Origin: an uncultured delta proteobacterium
GTDB taxonomy: Bacteria; Desulfobacterota; Binatia; DP-6
Direction of reading: 5' to 3'
NCBI GenBank assembly: GCA_963815115.1
Contig: CAWFFN010000012.1
Span: 768,001-832,000 of the forward strand
DNA: 64,000 nucleotides
Numbering within the stretch: the first letter of the stretch is position 1; the number at the start of each line of letters is the position of its first letter. Made by a program: the position numbers and the translations under genes. The notes below the pieces were generated by a model, which saw only the letters and a list, made by a program, of their open reading frames with translations, did not search any database and was not told the origin of the DNA. Positions 27,444 through 37,837 of the stretch are shown here, in pieces.

Positions 27444-28487
27444 TCATGGGATCCACGCCACGATCACCTGCGTGCCGGGTGTCGCGCTGGCGGCGCGAGG
27501 TTCGAGCGTCACCTGGATGCCGTCGGGCGAGAGGGCAAGCTCGGGGCTGTCGGCGATCAGGCGGCCACTTCCATCGGCGTCGGGCTGCACCGCGCCCAGC
27601 GAGGTCCAGCTGGTGCCGTGCCGCACCCACACCTGGTACGTCTGTCCAGCCGGCGCCGCCGGGAACCTGGAGAGAGTGATCACGGCGATCGTGGCCCCGG
27701 GGCGCCCGCGGTAGCGGGCGTGGGTGCCCTGGGCTTCCTCGGGCGTCCCGGGTGCGGGGGAGAGGCGGAGGTTCACGCTGTCGCTCGCCGTCACCATCGA
27801 GAGCGCCCGGTCATAGCGTGCCAGCGTGGCGTGCTCCGACCAGTGGCGAATTCCGAGAACGGCCAGCACCGAGAGTGCGGCCAGCGCCGCCCAGTGCGGA
27901 GCGAGCGTCCCGCGCAGCTTCTGGAGGCCCGCACGGATGCGTGTCTTGGCCGTTCCGAGCGGCAGGCCGAGCTCGGCTGCGACCTGCTCGTGCGTGAGAT
28001 CGTCGAGGAAGGCGAGGCTCAGCGCCTGCCGTTGCGCGAGCGGCAGCTCATCGACCGCCGATTGGATGATGGCGCGGCGGCGCTGCTGCGAGGCCGCCTC
28101 GGCGGGCCCGAGGTCACGCGCGGCCAGCCCTTCGAGCACGAACCCGTCGGGATCGGCGACGATCTCCGGCTGGCGGCCGCGCCGACGCAGCTCGTTCAGC
28201 AGGCGGAAGTGCGCGATCTGCAGGAGCCACGAGCGTACCGTGCCGCGCTCGGGATCGAAGCGGGCTGCGTTGCGCCAGACCACCAGGAATACCTCTTGCA
28301 CCAGGTCCTCGGCGGCCGTGCGGTCGAGCGTCTGAGCGGCGAGCGCGAAGATCGGCCGCGCGAAGCGGCGGTGGAGCAGCCCGAGCGCCTCGGCGGAGCC
28401 CTGGGCCACCTGGCGCATCAGCGCCTCATCGCGCGGGGCGTCCTCCCTCGATGGCATCCGCCGGCGTCCGTTGGTGTGAGCGTACAT
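27444..28487 (-). CDS. SigK-like ECF sigma factor fused via a TM helix to an RskA-like anti-sigma C-terminal domain
   Basis: AEDLVQEVFLVVWRNAARFDPERG, LTHEQVAAELGLPLGTAKTRIRAGL; TM WAALAALSVLAVLGI; then PAAPAGQTYQVW, SLG, VTLEP...P. Confidence 0.88.
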   Translation of the reverse strand: MYAHTNGRRRMPSREDAPRDEALMRQVAQGSAEALGLLHRRFARPIFALAAQTLDRTAAEDLVQEVFLVVWRNAARFDPERGTVRSWLLQIAHFRLLNELRRRGRQPEIVADPDGFVLEGLAARDLGPAEAASQQRRRAIIQSAVDELPLAQRQALSLAFLDDLTHEQVAAELGLPLGTAKTRIRAGLQKLRGTLAPHWAALAALSVLAVLGIRHWSEHATLARYDRALSMVTASDSVNLRLSPAPGTPEEAQGTHARYRGRPGATIAVITLSRFPAAPAGQTYQVWVRHGTSWTSLGAVQPDADGSGRLIADSPELALSPDGIQVTLEPRAASATPGTQVIVAWIP

Positions 28488-28678
28488 CGCCAGCCTTCAT
28501 CCATACACCGGGCCGGCCGATCTGGATTTGGTCCGGAGCCGAGCGCTCGTTCACCGGTTCTCCGCCGCGGCAGGGGAGGCGACGTCGAGCCGCGTCTTCG
28601 CCGGGGTGCCTTCCCCTTCGACAGGTGGCGAAGTTTCTCGACGAGCGACTCCTCCTGCCGGTGCGCGGGCGCGCCGCT

Positions 28679-29824
28679 TCAGGAGCAGGACGGTAGAGCG
28701 GCCGGGAAGGTCGTATGGGCTACGTTTCCGCTCCAGCAGTTGCCCGTGCCGGTCTCGTCCCAGGCGAGGTCGACGGCGAACACGGGATTGATGAGGGGCG
28801 ACGGGTCGCTCCCGTTCCCGAGCGCGACGTTGGAGCGGATGCGGTTGAAGTCCGGATTGGGCTCGATGTCCAGCGCTGCACAGTCGGCCGTCGACAGGTT
28901 GTTGGCCACGCAGAAGTTCGCCACCGCGATCCCGAACGAGTCGTTGCCGGTCACGAGGTTGTGATCGACCAGGTTCCGGTCCGTGGCGAGGACCAGGATG
29001 CCGGTCCCCGGCGGCACCGCGCACACCTCGTCGGTCGGGTCGAGACAGGTGTTCGGCTTGTTGTTGTTCTGGCTGATGTTGTGGTCGACGCGGTTGTCGG
29101 CGTTCTGCTTCACGTCGAGGAAGATGTTGGTGAAGGTGAGGATGCCGGCCGTGTTGCCCGCAGCGGCGTTGTGGTCGAGGCGAGAGTTCGAGCAGTTCTC
29201 GAGCTCGAAGCCGCTCACGTTCCCCGTCGCCAGGTTGTGGTCGATACGGACGTCGTGTGACTGCCCGATGTAGATGCCCGTGTCGTTGGCGCCGGTGGCG
29301 ACATTCAGGCTGACGCGCCCCGCGCCGCAGTGCGAGGGGAAGATGTCGTACTCGGCGTTGTTGTTGGTGCTCGTGAGCTCGACGCTCCAGTCGTCGACGC
29401 AGAAGAGGAAGATGCCCTCGCCGCCGAACCCGTTGACGGTGAGGCCGCGCACATGCTCACCGTGGAGGCGCTGGGAGGGATCGGCAAAACACGTCGCCCC
29501 GTCCGCGCCCTGCTTCGCGATCGCGATTCCCTGGTCCTGGCCGCCGGGGTTCTCGAGCACGACGGCGCCGAAGCCCGCGAACAGGCCCACGAGCGAGATG
29601 CCGTCCTTGTCGACGACGACGGCGCACGTGTGCGCCGGATCGGTGGGGCAGGGCCGTCCGTGCTCGTGATACCTGCCGGGCGAGATCAGGACGGTGTCGC
29701 CCGGTCTCGCGGCGTCGACCGCCGCTTGGATCGAATGGCCCGGCCTCACGTTCAGGATCCGGGCGTTCGCTGGAAGCGCTCCTCCGACCAGCAGGGAAAC
29801 CATTACGACGACCGTGCGTGTCAT
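28679..29824 (-). CDS. Exported right-handed parallel beta-helix protein
   Basis: Signal peptide; PGHSIQAAVDAARPGDTV.I.PG.Y; DTGIYIGQS, GNVSGFELEN, Asn ladders; AAGGAGG RBS. Confidence 0.9.
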   Translation of the reverse strand: MTRTVVVMVSLLVGGALPANARILNVRPGHSIQAAVDAARPGDTVLISPGRYHEHGRPCPTDPAHTCAVVVDKDGISLVGLFAGFGAVVLENPGGQDQGIAIAKQGADGATCFADPSQRLHGEHVRGLTVNGFGGEGIFLFCVDDWSVELTSTNNNAEYDIFPSHCGAGRVSLNVATGANDTGIYIGQSHDVRIDHNLATGNVSGFELENCSNSRLDHNAAAGNTAGILTFTNIFLDVKQNADNRVDHNISQNNNKPNTCLDPTDEVCAVPPGTGILVLATDRNLVDHNLVTGNDSFGIAVANFCVANNLSTADCAALDIEPNPDFNRIRSNVALGNGSDPSPLINPVFAVDLAWDETGTGNCWSGNVAHTTFPAALPSCS

Positions 29825-29970
29825 GGTGGGCCTCCTTCGCGTGCTCTCGCTCCGGGTATGCCCGCCTCGCTGCGATCGTCAAGACGAGAAGCGCTTCGGA
29901 GCGCGTGACGCGCCGCGCGCAGCGACGCGCCTGGTCGCTGCGCACGCGGTCAACGGCAGATTGCGGGGCG

Positions 29971-30276
29971 TCAGTAGCAGTAGGTCTCGTTGCCGAGGCG
30001 CTTGCAGGCGTGCGGATCGTTGCTGAAGCTCTGGACGCTGATGACCAGCGTATCCCGCGACGGGAGCGGGCGGTCGAAGGTCACCGGACCGGCAAAGCCC
30101 TGCGTGCGGAGCGCGAGCCCCGCCTCACGGGCGTGCGGATCGGTCTGCGTCCCGAGCCGCATGGCGATCCCTGGCCAGCGGCAATCCAGCTGGGACCCCA
30201 CGCCCACGCAGGCGCCGAGGGCCGACCCCGATAGCAGCAGACTCCCCGCAAGGGTGAGCGCGCCGAGGTGCGACAT
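29971..30276 (-). CDS. Small exported Cys-containing protein (101 aa)
   Basis: GAGGAGG RBS; signal peptide; Cys pairs CVGVGSQLDC and CKRLGNETYCY. Confidence 0.7.
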   Translation of the reverse strand: MSHLGALTLAGSLLLSGSALGACVGVGSQLDCRWPGIAMRLGTQTDPHAREAGLALRTQGFAGPVTFDRPLPSRDTLVISVQSFSNDPHACKRLGNETYCY

Positions 30277-30375
30277 GGTTCGAACCTCCTCGCCCACGAT
30301 GAAAGCCCCATGTCGGAGGTGACACAAGCCCCGGACTCGTGCCGCCGGCGCGCCGCGGCAACGATCCGCGGCGAG

Positions 30376-33181
30376 CTACTTCGACCGACTCAGCAGTCGA
30401 GCGCGAGCGCGCTCGAAGCGGTCGGCCAGCGCGCGCGCCGCGTCGTCCAGCGCGGGTCCCAGGTGCGCCCAGCTCGTGCTGGCGCGCTCGACCTCCTGCT
30501 CGACCTGCTGCCGCGACCGTGTCTCGCGATCCGCGCCGCCACCGATCGTGTTGGCGGCGAGCCGTTCCCGCAATGCGAGCGCCATTTCCTGGAGGGAGGT
30601 CTCGCGCGAGACCTCGGGACCGGCGCCGAACAGCGTCTCGAGGCGAGCGCAGAGCTTCTCGCGCCGCTTCCTCGTGACCTCCGGATCGAGCTTGGTTCCT
30701 CGCAGGCTCCCCGGCCGGAGAGCGGCGATCTGCTCGCACGCGCCATGCAGCCGGGCGCGCAGCGCCCGCGCGTCGTCGAGCGTCGCCACACCGAGACCAA
30801 GCCAGGCGCCCCAGGCCTCGTCCACCTTCTGCCCGATTTGATCGGCCGGCGGGCTGTCCTCGCCGGCGAGGGAGGTGGCCAGCGCCTCCAGCTCGTCGCA
30901 GATGGTCTGCGCGCTGCGGATCGTCTCCTCTTGTGCCAGCTCCTCGCGACGGTTTCTCCGGTCGAAGAACCGATCACACGCTGCCCGGAAGCGCTCCCAC
31001 AGCGCATCTGCCTGACCGCGCGGCGGCGTTCCGCTCCGCTTCCATTCCGCCTGGAGCTGCTTGATGGCGGTCGCCGTCTCCTCCCAGTCGGTCGAGTCGG
31101 CGAGCGCCTCGACCTGCTCGCAGAGCGACTCCTTCCGCTTCGCGCTCTCGCGGCGCCCCTCGTCCAGGCGATCGAAGTGCTCCTTGCGGCGCGTGAAGAA
31201 GCGGTCGCAGGGCTCGCGGAATTCCTGCCAGAGGGCCGCCCGTGTATCTGCCCGCTACCGGGCCGATCTCCTTCCACGCCGCCTGGAGTCGCCTGATCTC
31301 GGCCGCCGTCTCGTTCCACTCCGTGGAATCGGCCAGTCCGGCGACCTCCGCGCAGAGCGCCCGCTTCTTCTGGAGGTTGCTCAGGAGGTGGGCGTCGCAG
31401 CGCCGGCGAAGCTCGTTGCGTGCGGTGCGGAAGCGCTCCCAGAGCGCTTGCGAGCGGTCTGCGCTCGTCGTGGCTACCTGCGCCCACTCGTCCTGGAGCC
31501 GGCCGAGCTGCCGCATTCCCTCGGCGAGGTCGTTCGACTCGAGGAGCGCCTCGACGCGAGCGATGAGCTCTTCCTGGGCGCTGGCGTTCGCCCAGCGCCG
31601 CCACTCCTCGGTTTGCTCCACCTGCGAGATCCGCCCCAGGAGCCGGTCGCGCGCTTCGCGGAGCCGCTCGGTCCAGGTCGCGCGCCTCTCCGAGGGAGGC
31701 AGCGGGCCGAGCTCGCCGAGGGCGGCGTCGGCCGCCTGTACCTCGCGTCGCCCCGCGCTCGGCTTGAGCGCCGGCGACTGCGCCATCTCCTCGAGTCGGC
31801 CGTACAGCGCCTGCAGGCGATGCAGGTTCGCCTGCTCGATCTTCGATCGCTGCTGATCGGCCTCCTGCCGTCGCTCCCGGAAACGCTCCTCCGCAGCCGC
31901 GAAGCGGCGCTCGATGGACTCGATCTCCGGACCGGTCTCGTCGCCGCGCGGCCGCGCATTCCAGCGGGTGGCGAGCGCCTTCCAGGCCTGCGCCGATGGC
32001 AGCGGCGAGGAACCGGCCAGCGCCTCGGCGTCCGCTGCGATGGCCTCGAGGTTCGCGCGCTGCGCGTTCGCGGCAAGCCGGCGCTGGTGTCGCACCCCGC
32101 ACGCCTCGCACGCCAGAGCAAAGCGCCGCGCGAGCGCGACGCCCTGCTCGCCCGCGACGGGAGGGAGGCGATCCCATGCCGCGCGCGCCGTGGCGAGGTC
32201 GCGTGCCGCGTCGGCTCCATCGAGCGTCTCGACACGCTCGCAGAGGGCCTGCCGGGCGACGACACCCTCGTCGAGCACGCTCCGCACCGCGTCGGCCTCG
32301 GCACGCCTCCGCGCGAGGCTTCCCGCGTCCCGCAGGATATCCTCGCACGTCTTGTCGAACGGCTCGGCCACCTCCGTTCTGGGCTCGGCGCTGCGCGCCA
32401 GCTCCTGCCATTCTCGCTGGACCTGTCGCACCCGTTCGGCGGCCTCGATCACGTCCGGCATGGCGCGGAGCGTGTAGGCCAGCGTCAGCAGCTCGAGCTG
32501 GCGGGCACGTGCTTCCTTGGCGTCGACCGCGGGTCGTTCGCCCGATCGCGATGCGAGCAGCGCTTGCGCGCGCTGCTTGACGCTCTTCGCGGCGCTGCGG
32601 CTGCCGGCGATCGCCTGCAGCGAGGCGGTGTCGTCGATCCGCTCGAGCGCCCGGAGCGCGAGCTCGGGCGGACAATCCGCGAGCGCGATGCTGCGCAGCA
32701 TCGCCGGGTCCGCGATGCGGTCCAGGGCGGCGCCGCGAATCACAGGGTCGTCTGCGCCGGTGACGACGTCGCGGAGGAGGCGATCGCCGGATACGCGCGC
32801 GAGCGCGCCGGCACGTACGCTCTCGTGCGTCGCCTTCGCGGCCACCGTGGCGAGGGTGCGCGGGTCGGTGAGGCCTTCGAGCGCCGCCGTGCACTCGGCG
32901 AGCGAGTCTCCCGAGGCGGCGATCTTCACCCGGACCTCCGCTGCCCGCTCGACGGCGAGATCGCGCAGGGCCGGGTCGGCTTCACCCTGCGCCACGCGTT
33001 CGAGAAGGGCGGGATCCTCCAGCTTCTTGATGGCGACCCGGCGCACGTGCGGATCCGGATCGGCTCCGGCGATGGCCCCGAGGCGATCCCGCTCCTCGCT
33101 GCCCATGTCCCTGACCGCGGCAGCGCGCACGGCGGGGTCGGGATGGCGCCACCTGGGCCGGAGTCGAGCGATCAGGTCCAT
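30376..33181 (-). CDS. DUF349-domain protein; one +1 frameshift near 31241
   Basis: N-terminal PRWRHPDPAVR HEAT-like repeats; LQ..WK.IGPV...LW..FR..CDRFF repeats. After ACG-G-GCG the frame continues without a stop to 30376. Confidence 0.85.
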
Positions 33182-33262
33182 TGGTTCGGTTCCTGGGCCT
33201 CCCGACTTGTCTACTACGGGAGGTGGATCGGAGCCCAGCACTTCGCGTCGGGCCGCGAGGCC

Positions 33263-33718
33263 TCAGGCCCGCTCCGGGCCGGGGAGGCCGGCGTCCCCAT
33301 CCGCCCCGGGCGCTCCCGCCACCCGCACGCCCCACCAGCGTGCGCGCTCGGTCCGGTCGAGAAGGACCAGGACGAAGCGAGCGGGCCCATCGCACGCCAC
33401 CGCCCGGATCCGCATCCCGGGGGCGAACGGCGAGCCCGACGAGGACCAGAAAACGTCGCCCGTCCCGGGCATGTCGCGACCCGCCGGCAACCCGGTGAGC
33501 AGGGTCAGGAGCTCGTGGGCAGTCGGCAGCCGCTGCCCGCGGTCCGCGACGGCCGCGGCCGCCTCGGCCCACACCACCGGCAGGGTCGCAGGCGCCGGCG
33601 CCCACTCGAGTCCCGTGTCGCGATCGGCGAGACCCTGCCGGGTGGCGATGAAACGTGGTGGATTTTGCGTGCCGTCAGGCGTGCCGGCGCCTGCGCGGAC
33701 GGTCCTGGCGGGTGCCAT
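33263..33718 (-). CDS. DUF1566 (Lcl C-terminal)-like protein
   Basis: DRDTGLEW, WAEA, RLPTAHELLTL, FWSS. Confidence 0.72.
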   Translation of the reverse strand: MAPARTVRAGAGTPDGTQNPPRFIATRQGLADRDTGLEWAPAPATLPVVWAEAAAAVADRGQRLPTAHELLTLLTGLPAGRDMPGTGDVFWSSSGSPFAPGMRIRAVACDGPARFVLVLLDRTERARWWGVRVAGAPGADGDAGLPGPERA

Positions 33719-33837
33719 CGACCCTCAGGCGTTCACTCCGCGTGAACACCGTTCATCCGAGGAGTAGCGAAGGCCGCGACGGGGGGACGCTCAGCCCGGT
33801 CCGGAACGGGAGACTCCCGGATGCGTCGGCTGGCCCT

Positions 33838-34056
33838 TCCTGGAGCGCCGCGGCCTCGTACCGTCGCTGGCCGCAGGCGCGGATGCTGCTCGAACGCGGC
33901 ATCGATCCGACTGCGCAGAGCAAGTACGGCGACACGCTCCAGACCATCCTCGAGACGGCACGGATGGACGAGCGGGATCTGGCCGCTCCCGAGTATCAGG
34001 CGATGATCGCGGATCTCGCGGCACACGGCGTGCGCGTCGCGCGGCACGCGAGCTGA
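33838..34056 (+). pseudogene. Probable C-terminal fragment of an ankyrin-repeat protein
   Basis: AAASYRRWPQARMLLERGIDPTAQSKYGDT resembles one ankyrin repeat; no convincing start codon. Confidence 0.4.
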
Positions 34057-34108
34057 GACGGAGTCGGCCGCGTTCGCACGCCGGGCCGCTCCGTGGAAGA
34101 CTCGGGCG

Positions 34109-34423
34109 GTGCATGGTCACCGGTCGACGACCGGCATCGCGGCGGGGTGCCTGCTCGCCTCCGTCCTCGGCTCGGGGTGCGGTGGGGAGCCCGAGTCGCA
34201 CGCGCCGGCGACGGTCATTTCCACCTCGACCACGAGCACGTCCCTCCAGCTCGTCTCGACGACGGTCGCGACCTCGTCCTCGACGACCACGCTCCTGCCC
34301 GCGCCCGCCAACGCCGACGAGGCACGGCGGCTCCTCGAGCGCCAGGGTGTCGATCCGGCGGAGCTTTCGCGCGAGATCGGGGAGCACATGCGACACCGGT
34401 TCCGGCCCGCGCCCGCCGAGTGA
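34109..34423 (+). CDS. Putative small lipoprotein with Ser/Thr-rich linker
   Basis: Hydrophobic stretch ending LGSG-C, then an S/T tract and a short helical C-terminus. Confidence 0.6.
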   Translation: MHGHRSTTGIAAGCLLASVLGSGCGGEPESHAPATVISTSTTSTSLQLVSTTVATSSSTTTLLPAPANADEARRLLERQGVDPAELSREIGEHMRHRFRPAPAE

Positions 34424-34514
34424 ATTCGCGCCGACGGCCAGAAAGCGTGGACAACCGCTCCCGCGTCGCGGTAGCTTCTCGCCCGCTCGCCATACCTCGG
34501 GGGAGGGACAATCC

Positions 34515-36734
34515 ATGAAGACACTCGCGGTCGTCACGGCCAGCGTGCTTGCGCTGTTCGCATCGTCGTTGCCGGTACGGGCCGGGCTCACGCCGGCACA
34601 GAACTGCCAGGACACCATCGTGTCCGCGGCTCAGAAGTATTTCGACGCGGTATACAAGGCGGAAGCCAAGTGCCGCGATGGTCGGGCGGTGACCGGCGCG
34701 CCTGCCGACTGCTCGATCGACCCGGGCGTCACGGCCGCCATCGCGACCGCCGAGGGCAAGCTGTCGAGCAAGATCACCGCGAAGTGCCCGGGTGGCGTGG
34801 TCGCTCAGACCGATCTCGGCCTCGCCTGCGCGGGCGCCGCGACCGTCGGCGACGTGGTCGATTGCATCACGGACGACGTGCATGGTCCGCGCGCCAAGGA
34901 GCTCGTCGACGCGGTCTACGACGACTCCGGTCAGATCACCGATGCGCTCCTCCGCAAGTGCGAGCAGACGATCTCGAAGGCGGTCCGCAAGGGCGCCAAG
35001 CTGCGGCAGAAGGCCCGTCGCAAGTGCGCCAAGCCGATTGCGCTGGTGGAGAGCGCGCCCGGGGACTGTCCCGACCTGAAGGCGTTCAAGTCCTTCGACA
35101 AGGCCCGCGACAAGCTGACCGTGCTGGTCGAGAAGAAGTGCAGCGACACCCAGGTGCTCGACGCCGCCCTCGAGTTCGGCGGCGAGTGCGCCGACACGCG
35201 CGCGGGTGCACCGGCGGCCGCGTTTCAGTTCCTGACCTTCGACCGCAGCGGCATGACGAACACGAACACGATCCCGCCGCACACGCGGCTGGCGCGCTGC
35301 ATCGCCGCGACGACCGCGGTCCAGGCGGATACGGGCTCGGCCGCCGTCAGCGCGCTGTCCGACCTGGGCGACTTCCCCTTCGGTATCGCCGCCGGCGACG
35401 CGACCGACACGGCGTTCGTCGCCTGGACGCAGGTCGACCTCGCGGCGACGCCTCCGTTCACGCTCGAGGTGGCGACCGATCCGAGTTTCTCACCGGTCGC
35501 GCAGAGCATCACCGGTCTGATCCCCAATCTCGCCCGCGACAACACGATCAAGGCCGAGGTGACCGGTCTCACCGCGTCGACGCGCTACTACTATCGCTTC
35601 ACTGGTGCCGGCGGCCCCAGCCGTACGGGCCGCATCCTGACCGCTCCCGTGCCGAGCTCGACCGCCCCGTTCACGTTCGCCTTCACGGGGGACTCGAACG
35701 CGTTCTTCAAGCCCTACGCCGTGCTCGAGGGCATCACCCGTGACGATCCCGATCTCTTCCTCTACGTCGGCGACACGGTCTACGCCGACGACACCCGGAG
35801 TGGTACCGGCGAGGCCATGGTGCTCGGCGACTACCGCAACAAGTATCGCGAGAACCGCGACGACCGCGCGCTCCGCGATCTGATGGCCAACGTCGGCACG
35901 AACGCCATCTGGGACGACCACGAGGTCACCAACGACTTCTACGGCTCGCCGTTCGGCGCGTTCGGCCCGCAGATCATCGCCGGCAACGAGGCGTTCCGCG
36001 AATGGATGCCCATGCGCGAGAACGGCGGCGATCCGATGGCGCTCTATCGCAGCTTCAAGTGGGGCGACGTGGCGGAATTCTTCCTCACCGACAACCGCCA
36101 GTACCGCAGCGCGCAGGCGTACGTGACCGAGCCGGCGTGTCTGAGCGCCGGCGAGCCGGCAGTCGTCCCGCCCGCGGGAGCCTGCGCCAACGAGGTCAAC
36201 AACCCGGCGCGCACCTACCTGGGCGCCGCGCAGAAGGCGTGGCTCAAGGCCGGGCTCGCCGCCTCGACCGCCAAGTGGAAGTTCGTCATGAACGGCCCGG
36301 TGATCACGAACCTCCTCTTCCTGCCCTACGATCGCTGGGAGGGCTACGCCGCCGAGCGCACCGAGATGCTCGAGTTCTTCCGCAATCCGGACGGCAACGT
36401 GATGACCGACGACCACATCAAGAACGTGATCTTCCTCTCCACCGACATCCACGCCGCGATCTACGACCCGACCGTCAGCAATCCGGGGCCGTCCGCAGGA
36501 AGCATCCAGGAGATCGTCGCGGGCGCCATCGGCATGGACTCGATCTATCGCGAGCTGCCGGCCGGCATTCTCCCGTTCGTGAACGGACTGCCGGGTCTCT
36601 TCCCGAACATCCAGTTCTTCGACATCGACCGCCGGAACTACGTGTACATCACGATCGATCCCACGCAGGCGACGTTCACGTACCGGGACAACACCGGATC
36701 GGTCCTGAAGGAGATCAACCTCACCGCCGAGTGA
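34515..36734 (+). CDS. phoD: Alkaline phosphatase D family protein with N-terminal paired Cys/Lys helical module
   Basis: FPFGIAAGD, GL..STRYYYRF, GDTVYAD, WDDHEVTND, DNRQYRS, DRWEGY, STDIH; GGAGG RBS; Sec-type signal peptide. Confidence 0.92.
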   Translation: MKTLAVVTASVLALFASSLPVRAGLTPAQNCQDTIVSAAQKYFDAVYKAEAKCRDGRAVTGAPADCSIDPGVTAAIATAEGKLSSKITAKCPGGVVAQTDLGLACAGAATVGDVVDCITDDVHGPRAKELVDAVYDDSGQITDALLRKCEQTISKAVRKGAKLRQKARRKCAKPIALVESAPGDCPDLKAFKSFDKARDKLTVLVEKKCSDTQVLDAALEFGGECADTRAGAPAAAFQFLTFDRSGMTNTNTIPPHTRLARCIAATTAVQADTGSAAVSALSDLGDFPFGIAAGDATDTAFVAWTQVDLAATPPFTLEVATDPSFSPVAQSITGLIPNLARDNTIKAEVTGLTASTRYYYRFTGAGGPSRTGRILTAPVPSSTAPFTFAFTGDSNAFFKPYAVLEGITRDDPDLFLYVGDTVYADDTRSGTGEAMVLGDYRNKYRENRDDRALRDLMANVGTNAIWDDHEVTNDFYGSPFGAFGPQIIAGNEAFREWMPMRENGGDPMALYRSFKWGDVAEFFLTDNRQYRSAQAYVTEPACLSAGEPAVVPPAGACANEVNNPARTYLGAAQKAWLKAGLAASTAKWKFVMNGPVITNLLFLPYDRWEGYAAERTEMLEFFRNPDGNVMTDDHIKNVIFLSTDIHAAIYDPTVSNPGPSAGSIQEIVAGAIGMDSIYRELPAGILPFVNGLPGLFPNIQFFDIDRRNYVYITIDPTQATFTYRDNTGSVLKEINLTAE

Positions 36735-36805
36735 GCGCCGTGAGGTGCGGGGCCGGGCGAGGCATGTCGCCCGGCCTCGCATTGCCCCCGGGATCGAGGG
36801 CCGCC

Positions 36806-37837
36806 ATGCTCGCCGCTCTGCCTCGACGTGTCCCATCCCGGAGCGACGACCGGAAGGCGTGCCGCCCGCGCACGCGTCTCGTGTTTCTTCTGCTCCTGGT
36901 CATGGCGAGCCTGCTCGCCACGCCGGCCCTGGCCGACGACCGGACGGTGGACACCCAGCGTCTCCTCGAGCTGCTGACGGGCGTGCGCCTGGCCTACCTC
37001 GAGGCGTTCGAGGACCGGGGTGCCGAGCTCGAGTCGCATACCGATCTCGAGGAGGCGCGGCTCCGCTTCGCCGAGGCGCGCCAGCTGAACGATCGCCTGC
37101 ACCTGCTGCCGGACGAGGAGGTGTCGGCGCTCGCCACCGGCCTGGACGCCGAGGTCGGCCGCTTCGACGTCCCGGACCGCATCGAAGCGCTCGTCGCGAC
37201 GGTGACGAAGGCGACCGGCGTGACCCTGATCACGCTACCTCCCGCGCCGCCATCGGCGGTACGGGGCCGGGAGCTGTTCCGCGAGAACTGCACCGGCTGC
37301 CACGGACCGCGCGGGGCGGGGGACGGCCCGGATGCGCGCCGGGGCGAGATCACGCCGGCCGATTTCACCAGCGTCGTGTTCATGCGCCGCGAGATACCCC
37401 TCGACTTCTTCCACATGATCGGTCTGGGACATCGCCGGCGCGGGATGCCGGAGTGGTCGCAGAGCCTGGGCGTGCAACAGCGCTGGGACCTGGTCGCGTG
37501 GATCTGGACCCTGCAGCACCCCGATGCCGACCGCGTCGGGGGCGCCCGGGTATGGCGCGATCGGTGCACCGGCTGCCATGGCGCGGATGGCGCCGGGGTC
37601 GCGGGGAAGGGCGCCGATCTGAGCCGTCCCGGCAGCCTGATCGAGCGCAGCGATCGCATCGTGTTCGTCCGCCTGTCGGGTCCCTCGCATGCCGAGGCCT
37701 TCGCCGGCCTGAGCGACACGGAGCGGTGGCAGGTCGTCGGTCACGTCCGGGCGATCAGCCTGGGCGGGGTCGGGACGCACTCCGAGCCGCGACAGGGCGT
37801 TCCGCTGCCAGACCGACAGCGGAAGCGGCTACGGTGA
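36806..37837 (+). CDS. Exported di-heme c-type cytochrome (N-terminus PbrT/FTR1-fusion-like); start uncertain
   Basis: Two CTGCH motifs; GMPEW axial-Met motif; signal-like LLLLVMASLLATPALA. Confidence 0.82.
   Translation: MLAALPRRVPSRSDDRKACRPRTRLVFLLLLVMASLLATPALADDRTVDTQRLLELLTGVRLAYLEAFEDRGAELESHTDLEEARLRFAEARQLNDRLHLLPDEEVSALATGLDAEVGRFDVPDRIEALVATVTKATGVTLITLPPAPPSAVRGRELFRENCTGCHGPRGAGDGPDARRGEITPADFTSVVFMRREIPLDFFHMIGLGHRRRGMPEWSQSLGVQQRWDLVAWIWTLQHPDADRVGGARVWRDRCTGCHGADGAGVAGKGADLSRPGSLIERSDRIVFVRLSGPSHAEAFAGLSDTERWQVVGHVRAISLGGVGTHSEPRQGVPLPDRQRKRLR

Noticed and set aside
31235-31250. Programmed frameshift in the DUF349 gene
   Set aside because: No slippery heptamer or long homopolymer. 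A single extra G matches the error pattern seen at 17-19 kb.
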